Shown here piece after piece: positions 28,492 to 37,625 of a DNA stretch of 48,782 bases. Position 1 is the stretch's first letter. Each line of letters starts with the position of its first letter. Position numbers and translations under genes: made by a program. The notes under the pieces were generated by a model. The model was not told the origin of the DNA, searched no databases, and saw nothing but the letters and a program-made list of their open reading frames with translations. Location of the stretch: the sequence record SRR20825006_260; one strand, 5' to 3'.

Positions 28492-29337
28492 TCAACCTCG
28501 ACGACCTTCGAGCGCGCGATCTCTGGCGGCGCGCAGAGCGCGCACGCGCTTCAAGTCAACCGCGGCGCGCCAGTTCCCATCGCGCTTGAGCCAGCTCCCG
28601 ACGATCACAGCGTGCGCGGCCTTGTAGTGCTCGATGTTATCGGCGGTGACGCCGCTGCCAACGACCACCGGCGCGCCCACACCGTGGAGTCGCTCGACCT
28701 CATCGACGTTTGCCGCGTGGCCAGTGGAGGCACCCGTCACGATGAGCGCGTCCGCGCCGCAGAAGATCGCGCCATGGGCGAGCTCCTCGAGCGAGAGATC
28801 GCGCGTCACCGCGTGCGCGGCGTGCTTCTTCTGCACATCCGCCCACACAGCGATATGCTCGGCCTTCATCGCGCTCCTGGCGCGAAGCAGCGGCCCGGCG
28901 CTGGCGTCGATCCACCCCTCGTCGGCCACGTGCGCGTAGGCAAACGACTCGACGCGCACAAAGCTCGCGCCCGCAGCGAGCGCCACACCGAGCGCCTCGC
29001 GGTTTGCCGCGGCCAACACCTGCACGCCCGTGGGCAAGCCAAACTCCTCGACGACCTTCGCCGTCGCCAGCGTCATCGCGGCGACTGTCTCGGGGTAAAC
29101 CGAGCCCTTGAGGTAGGGGAGATCCTTCATGTTCTCGACGAGGATCGCATCACAACCCCCTTCAGCGAGCGCCTCGGCGTCGCGGCGAGCGGCATCGAGC
29201 AGTGGTCCCATCTCGCCGCTCCAGTTCGGGCTGCCAGGGAGGGCCTCCAGGTGCACCATCCCGATCAATCGACATCGACTCTCATCACCAAGCTTCATAT
29301 CCCGCTCCAGTTGCAGGGCCTCGAATTTTGCTTTCAT
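28492..29337 (-). CDS. BtpA/SgcQ family TIM-barrel protein
   Basis: IGMVHLEALPGSP, LVENMKDLPY, ADVQKKHA, ALIVTGASTG, VGSGV and IVGSWLK. Start set at ATG 29337 (approximate). Confidence 0.88.
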   Translation of the reverse strand: MKAKFEALQLERDMKLGDESRCRLIGMVHLEALPGSPNWSGEMGPLLDAARRDAEALAEGGCDAILVENMKDLPYLKGSVYPETVAAMTLATAKVVEEFGLPTGVQVLAAANREALGVALAAGASFVRVESFAYAHVADEGWIDASAGPLLRARSAMKAEHIAVWADVQKKHAAHAVTRDLSLEELAHGAIFCGADALIVTGASTGHAANVDEVERLHGVGAPVVVGSGVTADNIEHYKAAHAVIVGSWLKRDGNWRAAVDLKRVRALRAARDRALEGRRG

Positions 29338-29386
29338 TTCTGCGCCGCGCGAGTCTACCACGTGAACCACCGCCCGAAACACCCGA

Positions 29387-29497
29387 CGCGATGTGGCACG
29401 ATGTTTGGAACCACGCCGTATCACTGCCACATCATCAAACCCTTCTGGAATGCGCCTTCGCGGGGCCAGGCAACTCCAAACATCGTGCCACATCGCG
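29387..29497. repeat. 111-bp intergenic element with 23-bp perfect terminal inverted repeats (REPIN/MITE-like), copy 2
   Basis: CGCGATGTGGCACGATGTTTGGA (29387-29409) and its reverse complement (29475-29497), 65-bp spacer. The arm shares the GCGAnnTGGCACGATnTTTGG core with copy 1. Confidence 0.8.
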
Positions 29498-29729
29498 GCG
29501 ACCACCAGCCCTTCGCGAACGGCGCTCCGAGACAACGAGGAGGCCAGATTCGTGCGGCGAGCAGCGCGCCGCGATCCCTGCTCTCGCCGCATGCGTACTC
29601 ACACTGTCTTCGCGAGCGCGTGATCCTCGCGAGGAATCCCTGTCGAGGTGCCTTGCCAACAGGATGGCGCGCGGGTCAAAATCATCGGCATCACACGATG
29701 TGCCAGGAAGACGTTATTTGGAGGATGAT

Positions 29730-30752
29730 GTGAAGGTTCTCGGGTTCGAGCTCACGCCATGGGTAGACTTGCCATGGATGGTCAACTTCGAGTCGGTCGC
29801 TGACCCGCTCTGGATCAAAACCAGCATCATGATCGCCAGAGGTGTGTTTGCCAGTGTCCCGAGCTTTCGCATGGTGCGCGAGGGGTTCTCGCTCGACAAG
29901 TTCGACAGACCCGTCATCGTCGTCACCAACCACACAAACTATTACGACTGGCTCCCCTCGAGGTTCTGCCTCTACGACGAACTCGGCGTGCAGCTCTCAT
30001 CCTGGATCAAGCCAAGGCCGTTTAACTCGGGCTACCCCGTGCAGGTCTTCCTCTCGAAGACGGGCAACATCCCGCTCGCCTCGCGAGGTTATATCCTCGT
30101 GGCCGACTACAACGAGTTGTTTGGCGAGCCCCCGGACGCAGAGACCTACCGCGCGTTGAGAGATCACATCGACACGGGGAATCCACTGCCCGATGATCCG
30201 AAGTTCAAGAAAATCCTGAACACGCCGAGGCGGATGCTCGGGTGGTCATTTGACCCGAGGATGCTCCCTTATCGCGAGGCGCTCCAGCGCACATTCGCAG
30301 AGATGATGGATGCCTCGCTGCGGCTTGCCAGGCGAGCCTCGCAATCCAACCAGTTCATGCACGTGTACCCGGAAGGGATCATCTCGAGCAGGTTGATCCC
30401 CGGCAAGATCGGCACCATGCAGCTCGCGCTCGAGCTCGGCGCGGACATCCTCCCCATCGGTGTATCGGGCGCAAGAGAAGCATTCCCCAACGGCCCGAGG
30501 CCCGAGCCCGATACGACCGTTCACGTGCGCGTCGGAGAGCCATGGCGCGTGCCTCGAAACGAATACCCCAGTGATTTTCGCGCCTTTGGCGGGAGCATCC
30601 CCGAGGACATTCGCGAACAACTCCAGGCGCACACCGACGCGTATATGGAGAAGCTCAACGACCTGCTCGAGCCGGAGTATCAATGGATGCCTGATGGCAA
30701 GAGCGACGGTTGGCAAGGCATCGACCGCTTTATCCCCACCAACAAGGGCTGA
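29730..30752 (+). CDS. lysophospholipid/glycerolipid acyltransferase-family protein
   Basis: Catalytic NHxxxxD (VVTNHTNYYD), YPEG, GKIG, LPIGV and VRVGEP motifs. GTG 29730 follows GGAGGA. Confidence 0.8.
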   Translation: MKVLGFELTPWVDLPWMVNFESVADPLWIKTSIMIARGVFASVPSFRMVREGFSLDKFDRPVIVVTNHTNYYDWLPSRFCLYDELGVQLSSWIKPRPFNSGYPVQVFLSKTGNIPLASRGYILVADYNELFGEPPDAETYRALRDHIDTGNPLPDDPKFKKILNTPRRMLGWSFDPRMLPYREALQRTFAEMMDASLRLARRASQSNQFMHVYPEGIISSRLIPGKIGTMQLALELGADILPIGVSGAREAFPNGPRPEPDTTVHVRVGEPWRVPRNEYPSDFRAFGGSIPEDIREQLQAHTDAYMEKLNDLLEPEYQWMPDGKSDGWQGIDRFIPTNKG

Positions 30753-30878
30753 GATCTCGGCTCGCCCCTCTTTTCCTACAATGACGATCGAACGAGCAGC
30801 AGACATCTCGCATGATCCGCGTATGATGCTGTCGATCGTGGCACATGACTTACTTCACTACCTATCGCCCTAGAGATC

Positions 30879-32750
30879 GTGATGGCCATTCAGGATGCAT
30901 TTGGAGAGTTGCGTTCCTTGCTCGCACACGGCGTGAGTTCGCTCGCGCACGATGCCGAACAACTGCAAAAAGTCACCGACCTGCTCGCGCGCGTTTGGGA
31001 GGAGGCCCCGGAGGCCTACGCCGACGAATGGCTCCCCTACCTCTCGAGCGGTGATACCAGGTGGGAAGATGTGCTGATCACGGTCTCCTCGCCCGAGGAG
31101 CTCGAGCGCTGGAGCCAAAACATCATGCCGTTTGCCTGGTTCAGGCTGGATCTGGTGAACCAGAAACTCCCCAAGAAGAGGATGAACCAGCTCGTCGCTG
31201 ACACGGACCTCTCCCGAGTTCGAGAGCTCGACTTGCGCGGCGTGCGCTTGCGAGCCGCAGGCGCGAAGACGCTCTTTGCCTCGCCAAACCTCGGGAGCAT
31301 CACGCGCTTGCGGCTCGCAGGTTGCAGCCTGGATGTGGCATCCGCCGAAGCGCTCGTGAAGTCGGCATCACTCGGCACGTTGGAGCTACTCGACCTCGAG
31401 CATAACAAGCTCAAGGATGAAGGCATCATCACGCTGGCGAAGGGGCTCGATTTCTCGAGAATGCACACGTTGATTCTCACCAACAACAAGGCGAGAGCGA
31501 GCGCTGTCGAAGCGCTCCTCGCCGCAAACATCAGCGAGCTCGAGACGCTCTATCTGGCGGGCAACTCCATGGGCAACAGCGGCCTCGAGCTCATCGCCTC
31601 ATCACCCAAACTCGGGAACCTTCGCGTGCTCGGGCTGACAAGTTGCAACCTCACGCGCAAGGGCTCCGAAGCGCTGGCGGCCTCGACCACATTGACAAGC
31701 CTCGAGGAGCTCGAGCTGACCTATAACAACCTCGGAACCAAAGGCGCCGTCGAGCTCCTCGGCTCCGAGGTGCTCTCCAAGGTCAAGAGGCTGGCGCTCG
31801 ACGGCTGCTCGCTCGGAGACGCGAGCTTCGAGCATGTGGGCACCAACCAAAACCTCGGCGCGCTCGAGCTCCTCGACCTCTCGGGAAACAAACTCTCTAT
31901 AGAAACCATCGAAGCGCTGGCGTCCAACACAGCAATCACAAACATCCGCGACCTCTCGATCACCGCGACGCTCGGAGCGGATGGAATCCGGGCGTTGGCG
32001 AAAGCGGCCTTTGCCCCCTCACTCGAGCGCCTGAACCTCTATAGCATGCGACTCGAGGCCGAAGGAGCCAGGGCGCTGGCCGAGGCGACGACCTTCACCA
32101 ACCTCGAGCGGTTGCTGTTGGGAAGCAACCGATTGGGGGATGAAGGGGTCGCGGCGCTGGCACACAGCCCCAACCTCGACACACTGGTCTCCCTCGACCT
32201 CTCGAGCAATATCATCACAGACGCGGGCGCAGAGGCGCTCGGTCAGGCGACAGGACTTAAAAACCTGCGACACCTTAGCCTCTCGAACAACCTGGTTCGG
32301 GGTAAAGGCGCAGAAGCTCTCGCCAAAGCACCATTCCAGCAACAACTCGAGCTCCTCAACCTCTCCTGGAACAAGCTCGAGACTGATGGCGTCGAGGCGT
32401 TATTGGACGATGGCGCCTTCCCCAAGCTCGAGTTCCTGGGTTTGACGGACAACAACCTCGACAGTGATGTCTGCCATATCATTGCCCAGGCTACACAGCT
32501 CGAGTCGTTGATTTATCTGGGGTTGTCGAACACGACGATTCACGACGATGGCGCGCAGGCGCTCGCTGACTCTGCACACCTGGCGACGTTGGAGGATCTC
32601 GGCATCATCCATCGCGAGCCCACCACGTTGCCGATCCTCAAAAAGTCCATATATATCAGGGATGCGGCCATCTATGGCGACGCGCAGAAATCACACGCGG
32701 CGTGGTGGGTCTGGCTCGACGAGGGCAAAAAGCAACCGCTCGAGTTTTAA
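30879..32750 (+). CDS. ribonuclease-inhibitor-like leucine-rich repeat protein
   Basis: About 17 repeats of roughly 28 aa, LxxLxLxxNxLxxxGxxAL, after an N-terminal FGELRSLL...EWLPYL segment. Confidence 0.9.
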   Translation: MMAIQDAFGELRSLLAHGVSSLAHDAEQLQKVTDLLARVWEEAPEAYADEWLPYLSSGDTRWEDVLITVSSPEELERWSQNIMPFAWFRLDLVNQKLPKKRMNQLVADTDLSRVRELDLRGVRLRAAGAKTLFASPNLGSITRLRLAGCSLDVASAEALVKSASLGTLELLDLEHNKLKDEGIITLAKGLDFSRMHTLILTNNKARASAVEALLAANISELETLYLAGNSMGNSGLELIASSPKLGNLRVLGLTSCNLTRKGSEALAASTTLTSLEELELTYNNLGTKGAVELLGSEVLSKVKRLALDGCSLGDASFEHVGTNQNLGALELLDLSGNKLSIETIEALASNTAITNIRDLSITATLGADGIRALAKAAFAPSLERLNLYSMRLEAEGARALAEATTFTNLERLLLGSNRLGDEGVAALAHSPNLDTLVSLDLSSNIITDAGAEALGQATGLKNLRHLSLSNNLVRGKGAEALAKAPFQQQLELLNLSWNKLETDGVEALLDDGAFPKLEFLGLTDNNLDSDVCHIIAQATQLESLIYLGLSNTTIHDDGAQALADSAHLATLEDLGIIHREPTTLPILKKSIYIRDAAIYGDAQKSHAAWWVWLDEGKKQPLEF

Positions 32751-32752
32751 AC

Positions 32753-33139
32753 TCACTCGAAACCCGAGTCGGGGTGCCCGGTCTTCTCGAAGTCGCTCTC
32801 GAGGAGCATCGCCCCCTCCTGGATATCGACGAGCAACGTCAAGCCCTCGTAAGCCATCAGATCCGCCTCGAGGATGGGACGAGGAGGCAAAAACCTCACG
32901 AGCACCTCCTCGATGGTGACCATCTCAGGATGAAAAGGCTGGCCCGCGCGAATCGGTTGGTTGGCCTTGAGCACAGGCACCATCTCCATCACGCGCGTGC
33001 AATCACAGCAACGGTCATTTTGCACCACGTACACATACGCGCCGCCATAGATCGCGGCCCCCAGCACGACCAAAAGCAACGCGGATAGAATCATCGCAGC
33101 CCAGCGGTACTCGCCGCGAAACACCTTCTTGCTGATCAT
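32753..33139 (-). CDS. small membrane-anchored SAF-domain protein (CpaB N-terminus-like)
   Basis: One TM helix, then VLKANQPIRAGQPF...FLP...G..LLVDIQEGAMLLESDF, a SAF-like pattern. Confidence 0.6.
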   Translation of the reverse strand: MISKKVFRGEYRWAAMILSALLLVVLGAAIYGGAYVYVVQNDRCCDCTRVMEMVPVLKANQPIRAGQPFHPEMVTIEEVLVRFLPPRPILEADLMAYEGLTLLVDIQEGAMLLESDFEKTGHPDSGFE

Positions 33140-33189
33140 GCACGCCTCTTCTTTTCGTGTCGTGATGGTTGCCAGGATTTCGATGATAC

Positions 33190-33237
33190 AACAAAGGGCG
33201 TCCTTGTTGGAGTCTCCAAACGAGGACGCCCTTTGTT
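33190..33237 (-). terminator. intrinsic terminator-like hairpin after phaC1
   Basis: AACAAAGGGCGTCCT ... AGGACGCCCTTTGTT 15-bp stem with T-rich ends on both strands, about 50 bp past the phaC1 stop. Confidence 0.65.
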
Positions 33238-33288
33238 TTCATCACGATACGTGATCCAAAGCGCAAGCAAGTCACATCGACGCGTGGC

Positions 33289-34350
33289 TCATTCTCCGGC
33301 GGCGGCGTGAAGTTTTGTCGTGTTGGCGCCATCGCGCTCGGCGAACCAGGTCGAGATCGTCGGCCAGAGCCCCTGCGAAGCCTTGCTCGAGACCACCGCG
33401 CCGACGTGACCACCATTGAGACGCAGGCACTGCTTGTCCTCGGAGCTGATGCGATCGATCAGGATCTCGGCCGAGGGGAGCGGCACGATGTGATCGTGCA
33501 GGAAGCAGATCGCCAGCGTCGGGCAGGTGATGTTCTCGAGCTTGACGGGTTCTCCCGAGAGCGAGAACTGACCTTTAATCAGTAGGTTATCTCGATAAAG
33601 CTCGTTAATGTAGCGCCTGTAGCAAGTTCCGGGGAACGAGACATTATCATTGCCCCAGGTCTCGATCGCGAAGAACCCGTCGAGGAACTGGTCATCCCAG
33701 GCGCGGTCGATCATATATGTCGCCTTGGAGAGGTTCATCGTCGGGCGGAGCATATGAAACGCCGACTGCATCAGCGGCCAGGGCACATTGCCCGTGGCCT
33801 CGATGAGCGAGTCCAGATCAAAGGTCGAGACGCGCGTCCACGTGGTCAAGATGCCGCCATGATCGAAGTCGATCGGCGCCGCGAGCGCCAACAAGGAGGC
33901 CACATGCTCCGGGCGTCGCGCCGTATAGATCGAGGTCATCGTCCCGCCCATACAATACCCCAACACGTGGGTCTTGTTGTGCGGCGAGCGCTTGGCAACC
34001 TTGCGGACTGCTCGCCCGATGTAACCGTCACAGATCTCATCGAACGTCAGGTAGCGATCCTCGGGTCCAGGCGTCCCCCAATCGATGATGTAGACATCGT
34101 GCCCCTGGGCAACCATCCACTCCGCGAAGCTCTTCCCCTTCATCAGGTCGAGCACGTAGTGGCGGTTGATCAGCGAAGGGACGAGCAAGATCGGGGTCTC
34201 GAACGCCAGCCCCTCGGGACGAGGACGGTAGCGCAAGAGCTTCCACTTGTTCTCGGTCCAGATCACATCGGCGGGAGTTTGCCCCACGGGCGCCCGGCCT
34301 CTGGCCGGCGCCTTGATGAGGTTCTTGATCCTGTCGAATACCTTGCTCAT
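33289..34350 (-). CDS. phaC: class III-type polyhydroxyalkanoate synthase (PhaC1)
   Basis: GQTPADVIW, PILLVPSLINRHYVLDL, YIIDWG, lipase box GYCMGG, HDHIV (Asp) and GGHVG (His); 353 aa, class III size. Confidence 0.88.
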   Translation of the reverse strand: MSKVFDRIKNLIKAPARGRAPVGQTPADVIWTENKWKLLRYRPRPEGLAFETPILLVPSLINRHYVLDLMKGKSFAEWMVAQGHDVYIIDWGTPGPEDRYLTFDEICDGYIGRAVRKVAKRSPHNKTHVLGYCMGGTMTSIYTARRPEHVASLLALAAPIDFDHGGILTTWTRVSTFDLDSLIEATGNVPWPLMQSAFHMLRPTMNLSKATYMIDRAWDDQFLDGFFAIETWGNDNVSFPGTCYRRYINELYRDNLLIKGQFSLSGEPVKLENITCPTLAICFLHDHIVPLPSAEILIDRISSEDKQCLRLNGGHVGAVVSSKASQGLWPTISTWFAERDGANTTKLHAAAGE

Positions 34351-34502
34351 GACTTCTCACCCATCTCTCAGGGGCATGGCATCACGCGAGCGATGCCATC
34401 GGCTTCTCGTCCACTGATTCGGCCACAGTTGTTGCGGCGAGAGCGCGATACAAACATCGCTACTCGCCGATCAACGCAACCTTAAAAACAATACAATATC
34501 AA

Positions 34503-36245
34503 TCACTTGCTGTAGAGGGACTCGAACGAATCATTGAAGCGTTCGTAGACCTTCTTGCGCTTGACCTTGAGCGTTGGCGTCAAGAGCCCGTTCTCGACGG
34601 TCAGCGGCTCGTCGACGATGACGAACTTCTTGATCGTCTCGAAGCGCGCGAGCCCCTGGTTGGCGCGCTCGACGCGCTCGGTGACGAGCTTCTGGAGCGC
34701 CTCGGCGCGCGCATCATCTCCCTTGACGCCATGCTCCTCGAGGTAGGGCTCGATCGCCTCCTCGTGGAGCCACACCCCCGCGGTGATAAATGGCTTGCCG
34801 TCACCATAGGCGACCACGTGCGCGATATAGGGGTCATCGCGGAAGCGGATCTCGATGTTGGCAGGCGGGATATTCTTGCCTTGCGCGGTGACGAGGATCT
34901 CCTTCTTGCGGTCGATGATCTGGAGGAAGCCATCATCGGTCCAACGCCCGATGTCACCCGTTTTGAGCCATCCATCGGCGGTGAAGGTCTCTTCTGTGGC
35001 GCGCGCGTTCTTGTGATAGCCGTTAAAGATGCTCTCGCCACGCGCGAGGATCTCGCCATCTTCTGCGAGCTTGAGCTCGACCGACTGGAGCGGCTTGCCG
35101 ACCGAGTCGAAGCGAAAATCACTGGGGCGATTGAGCGTGAGCGTCGGGCTCGCTTCGGTCAGGCCATACCCCTCGATGATGAGCATATCGTGCGAGAAGA
35201 GGAACTCCTTGACCTCGCGCTTTAGCCCCGCGCCGCCGGAGAGGCAGAACTTGAGGTTGCCGCCCGTGATGGCGTCGAGCTTGGCGCGCTGTGCCTTCTG
35301 CGTGGACTCGTCCATGGCCGCCGTGGCCATCTTCTCGAACATGCGGGGCACGCTCATGAAGACCTCGGGGCGCACCTCGGGGAGCTGCGCCAGCACGTTC
35401 ACAGGATCGGTCCAGTAGGTCACGAACCCGAGCGTGTTTCCCAGGCAAACCTCGCCAAACCCGAAGATATGGCTCAGGGGCAACCAGAGCAGATCGACGT
35501 AGCCCTCTTCGAGCAGCGGCGCGTTGCACTGCATCCAGTCGCGGCCGTTGACGCCGACGTTGCGGTGCGTGAGCGGCACGCCCTTTGGCAACCCGGTGGT
35601 GCCAGAGGTGTAGAGCATCACCGCGTTGTGATCGATCGAGACGTTGTCCAGGAGCTGATAGATCTTGTCGGGGGACTCTTCTGCGAGCGCCCTGCCCTGT
35701 GATCGAACCTGGCTCCAGGCGACGAACTTCTCGGAGACCTTGGAGGCCGATGGCGCGGCCTTGCCTTCAGCGCGCAGCGCCTCGAGTGATTTCGCGACAT
35801 CGAGCGTGTCATTGAGCGCGATGATACGGAGCAACCCGCCCTCGACCTGCTCCCACTGCTCGAGCACGCGGCGAAGCAACTTCTCCGAGTCCACGAACAA
35901 CACGCGCGCGTCGCTGTGCTCGACCACATAGGCGATCTGCTCGGAGGTGCTCGAAGGATAAATCGGGACCATCACGCCGCCAGCGGCCTGGATGCCGAGC
36001 GCTGCCGACATCCACTCGACGCAATTGTAAGCGAGGATCGTGGCGCGATCGCCGAGCTTGAGCCCGATGCTGTTGAGGTAGAGGCCGACGGCCTCGATCT
36101 CGTTGGCGAAGGCGCCCCAGGTGATCGCGCGCCAGTCTCCCTGACCATCGGGAACCATGAAGCGCACGCGGGTGCGACGCTCGGGCAAGCTGTTAAAGAC
36201 CACGCGCGCGGCGGGGTTGAGATCCATGTATTTGGAGACGTCCAT
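34503..36245 (-). CDS. fadD: long-chain-fatty-acid-CoA ligase (AMP-binding)
   Basis: YTSGTTGLPKG, EGYGLTE, SVGKP, GWLKTGDIG, IIDRKKE and LTPTLKVKR. Confidence 0.88.
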   Translation of the reverse strand: MDVSKYMDLNPAARVVFNSLPERRTRVRFMVPDGQGDWRAITWGAFANEIEAVGLYLNSIGLKLGDRATILAYNCVEWMSAALGIQAAGGVMVPIYPSSTSEQIAYVVEHSDARVLFVDSEKLLRRVLEQWEQVEGGLLRIIALNDTLDVAKSLEALRAEGKAAPSASKVSEKFVAWSQVRSQGRALAEESPDKIYQLLDNVSIDHNAVMLYTSGTTGLPKGVPLTHRNVGVNGRDWMQCNAPLLEEGYVDLLWLPLSHIFGFGEVCLGNTLGFVTYWTDPVNVLAQLPEVRPEVFMSVPRMFEKMATAAMDESTQKAQRAKLDAITGGNLKFCLSGGAGLKREVKEFLFSHDMLIIEGYGLTEASPTLTLNRPSDFRFDSVGKPLQSVELKLAEDGEILARGESIFNGYHKNARATEETFTADGWLKTGDIGRWTDDGFLQIIDRKKEILVTAQGKNIPPANIEIRFRDDPYIAHVVAYGDGKPFITAGVWLHEEAIEPYLEEHGVKGDDARAEALQKLVTERVERANQGLARFETIKKFVIVDEPLTVENGLLTPTLKVKRKKVYERFNDSFESLYSK

Positions 36246-36345
36246 TGTTTACCGGTCCTCGCAGTTCGTGCTGTTCATCCTGGCGGCGAGAGGGCTGCTC
36301 GCCCCCTCGCTCCTCGCCGCATCAAAAGTCATGCGACGACAAGGG

Positions 36346-36648
36346 TCACTTCTCCTTTTCCTGGAGCTCCTCGAGGCGCTCCTCGAGGTCATAGATCTTG
36401 GACTGGAGCTGGTTGATGGCGTGGAGCATGCGCTCCTGATCGGTCTTTGTGGGGAGGCCCATGTTGCCCCACATCTGCGTCATCATCTGATTGGTCTTGG
36501 CGCGATTCTTGGTCATCGAGCCGAGCAACATCCCGCCTGGCTTGAGCACGAGCGGGCTCTTCATGACCTCCTCGAGGTACTTCGCCGTCTGGTTCTCCCA
36601 GTTAAAGAATGCCTTCTTCCAGAGGTCCCATGGGGTTTGTGCGTTCAT
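36346..36648 (-). CDS. short PhaE-like PHA synthase accessory subunit (100 aa)
   Basis: AAGGAG RBS and ATG 36648. The W..MGLPTKTDQERM...INQLQSKIYDLEERLE coiled coil resembles the C-terminus of PhaE / class IV PhaR; lies in the phaC1 operon. Confidence 0.6.
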   Translation of the reverse strand: MNAQTPWDLWKKAFFNWENQTAKYLEEVMKSPLVLKPGGMLLGSMTKNRAKTNQMMTQMWGNMGLPTKTDQERMLHAINQLQSKIYDLEERLEELQEKEK

Positions 36649-36745
36649 CGTATTCTCCTTTGACGTATCGCGTGCCGCACTCTTCGATGCGGGCTTTTGG
36701 ATGATCGTTTCCGCGAGGGAAGCGATCGGGTGAATGAGTTTCGTT

Positions 36746-37606
36746 TCAAGGTTCGATGCCAAGGCGCCGAAGCTCCACGGCGTTGGTGAAGTTTGGTTCG
36801 GTGACGCCGGTGGGCGCGGTGGCCCTGGCGACCTCGCCAAAACATTCGAACAAAAAGCCGACCTGTTGCTGCGTGACCGCCTGCCCCACGGCGGGCTCGA
36901 CCTTGACGGTGGTGCGCACCATCATCGCCTGCTCGAAGGTCAAATCAGGCAAGAATAGCTCGCCGGTGTCCTCGACCGAGACCTCGTAGGTGTCCTTCCC
37001 GGCATAAGGGATGCCGTAGAACATCGCGTTGCGCGTGGTCCCCACCGAGACCCAGCTCTTCCCCTTCTCCAGCGGGAAGAGGTAGAGCGCCACGGGCTCC
37101 TCGTAGACGATCAGGGTTTGCCCTTCGGCGGGCTCTTCTTCTGATGAGGCGAGCCCGAGCAGATAGAAGCCATCCTCGTCGCGGCGATAGACGTTCTCGA
37201 TCGTCCCGCCGAGATCGCTGGCGGTGACAAACTGCCCGCTCGGGAAGCTGCTCGCGTACCACTTGCCCTGGAGCGGGTCTGCTTCGAGGCGAGCGATCTG
37301 ATCGCTGGCGGCATCTCTCGAGAGATCCCAGCGGCGCTCGCCAGCGGTGTTGACCTGACCTGCGATATCCACCGCGGGCATCGTGCCGGGAGGATTCACC
37401 AGATAAGAGACGGAGACGCCGAGCGTTTCGGTCAACTCCGAGGCAGTGATTTTGCCATCGAGGTCTGGATAACAGGTGAACTCGACCTGCTCGCCAGTGC
37501 CCATGTAAAGGTCACGATCAGGCGCTGGCGTGAGGTTCTCCTCGCATCCTCCGATCATCGGGAGGAGAGAGAGCGCGAGCGCGCATGCAAGCCTCTTTGT
37601 ATGCAT
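36746..37606 (-). CDS. lipoprotein B of the PHA-linked envelope module
   Basis: Lipobox IGGC. Paralogous to 40288-41301 (CxPxxDGxIT, RxWDL, KW..FP, LLG, FPLE, ECFGxVA, FTxAxExRRL). Confidence 0.8.
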   Translation of the reverse strand: MHTKRLACALALSLLPMIGGCEENLTPAPDRDLYMGTGEQVEFTCYPDLDGKITASELTETLGVSVSYLVNPPGTMPAVDIAGQVNTAGERRWDLSRDAASDQIARLEADPLQGKWYASSFPSGQFVTASDLGGTIENVYRRDEDGFYLLGLASSEEEPAEGQTLIVYEEPVALYLFPLEKGKSWVSVGTTRNAMFYGIPYAGKDTYEVSVEDTGELFLPDLTFEQAMMVRTTVKVEPAVGQAVTQQQVGFLFECFGEVARATAPTGVTEPNFTNAVELRRLGIEP

Positions 37607-37625
37607 CTGTTCTCTCCTTGTGGCC

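Noticed and set aside
28372-29733. 453-aa plus-strand ORF, and the N-terminal extensions of the 29202 and 29592 ORFs
   Set aside because: They run antisense to the BtpA-like gene and through the inverted-repeat element; better starts exist at 29337 and 29730.
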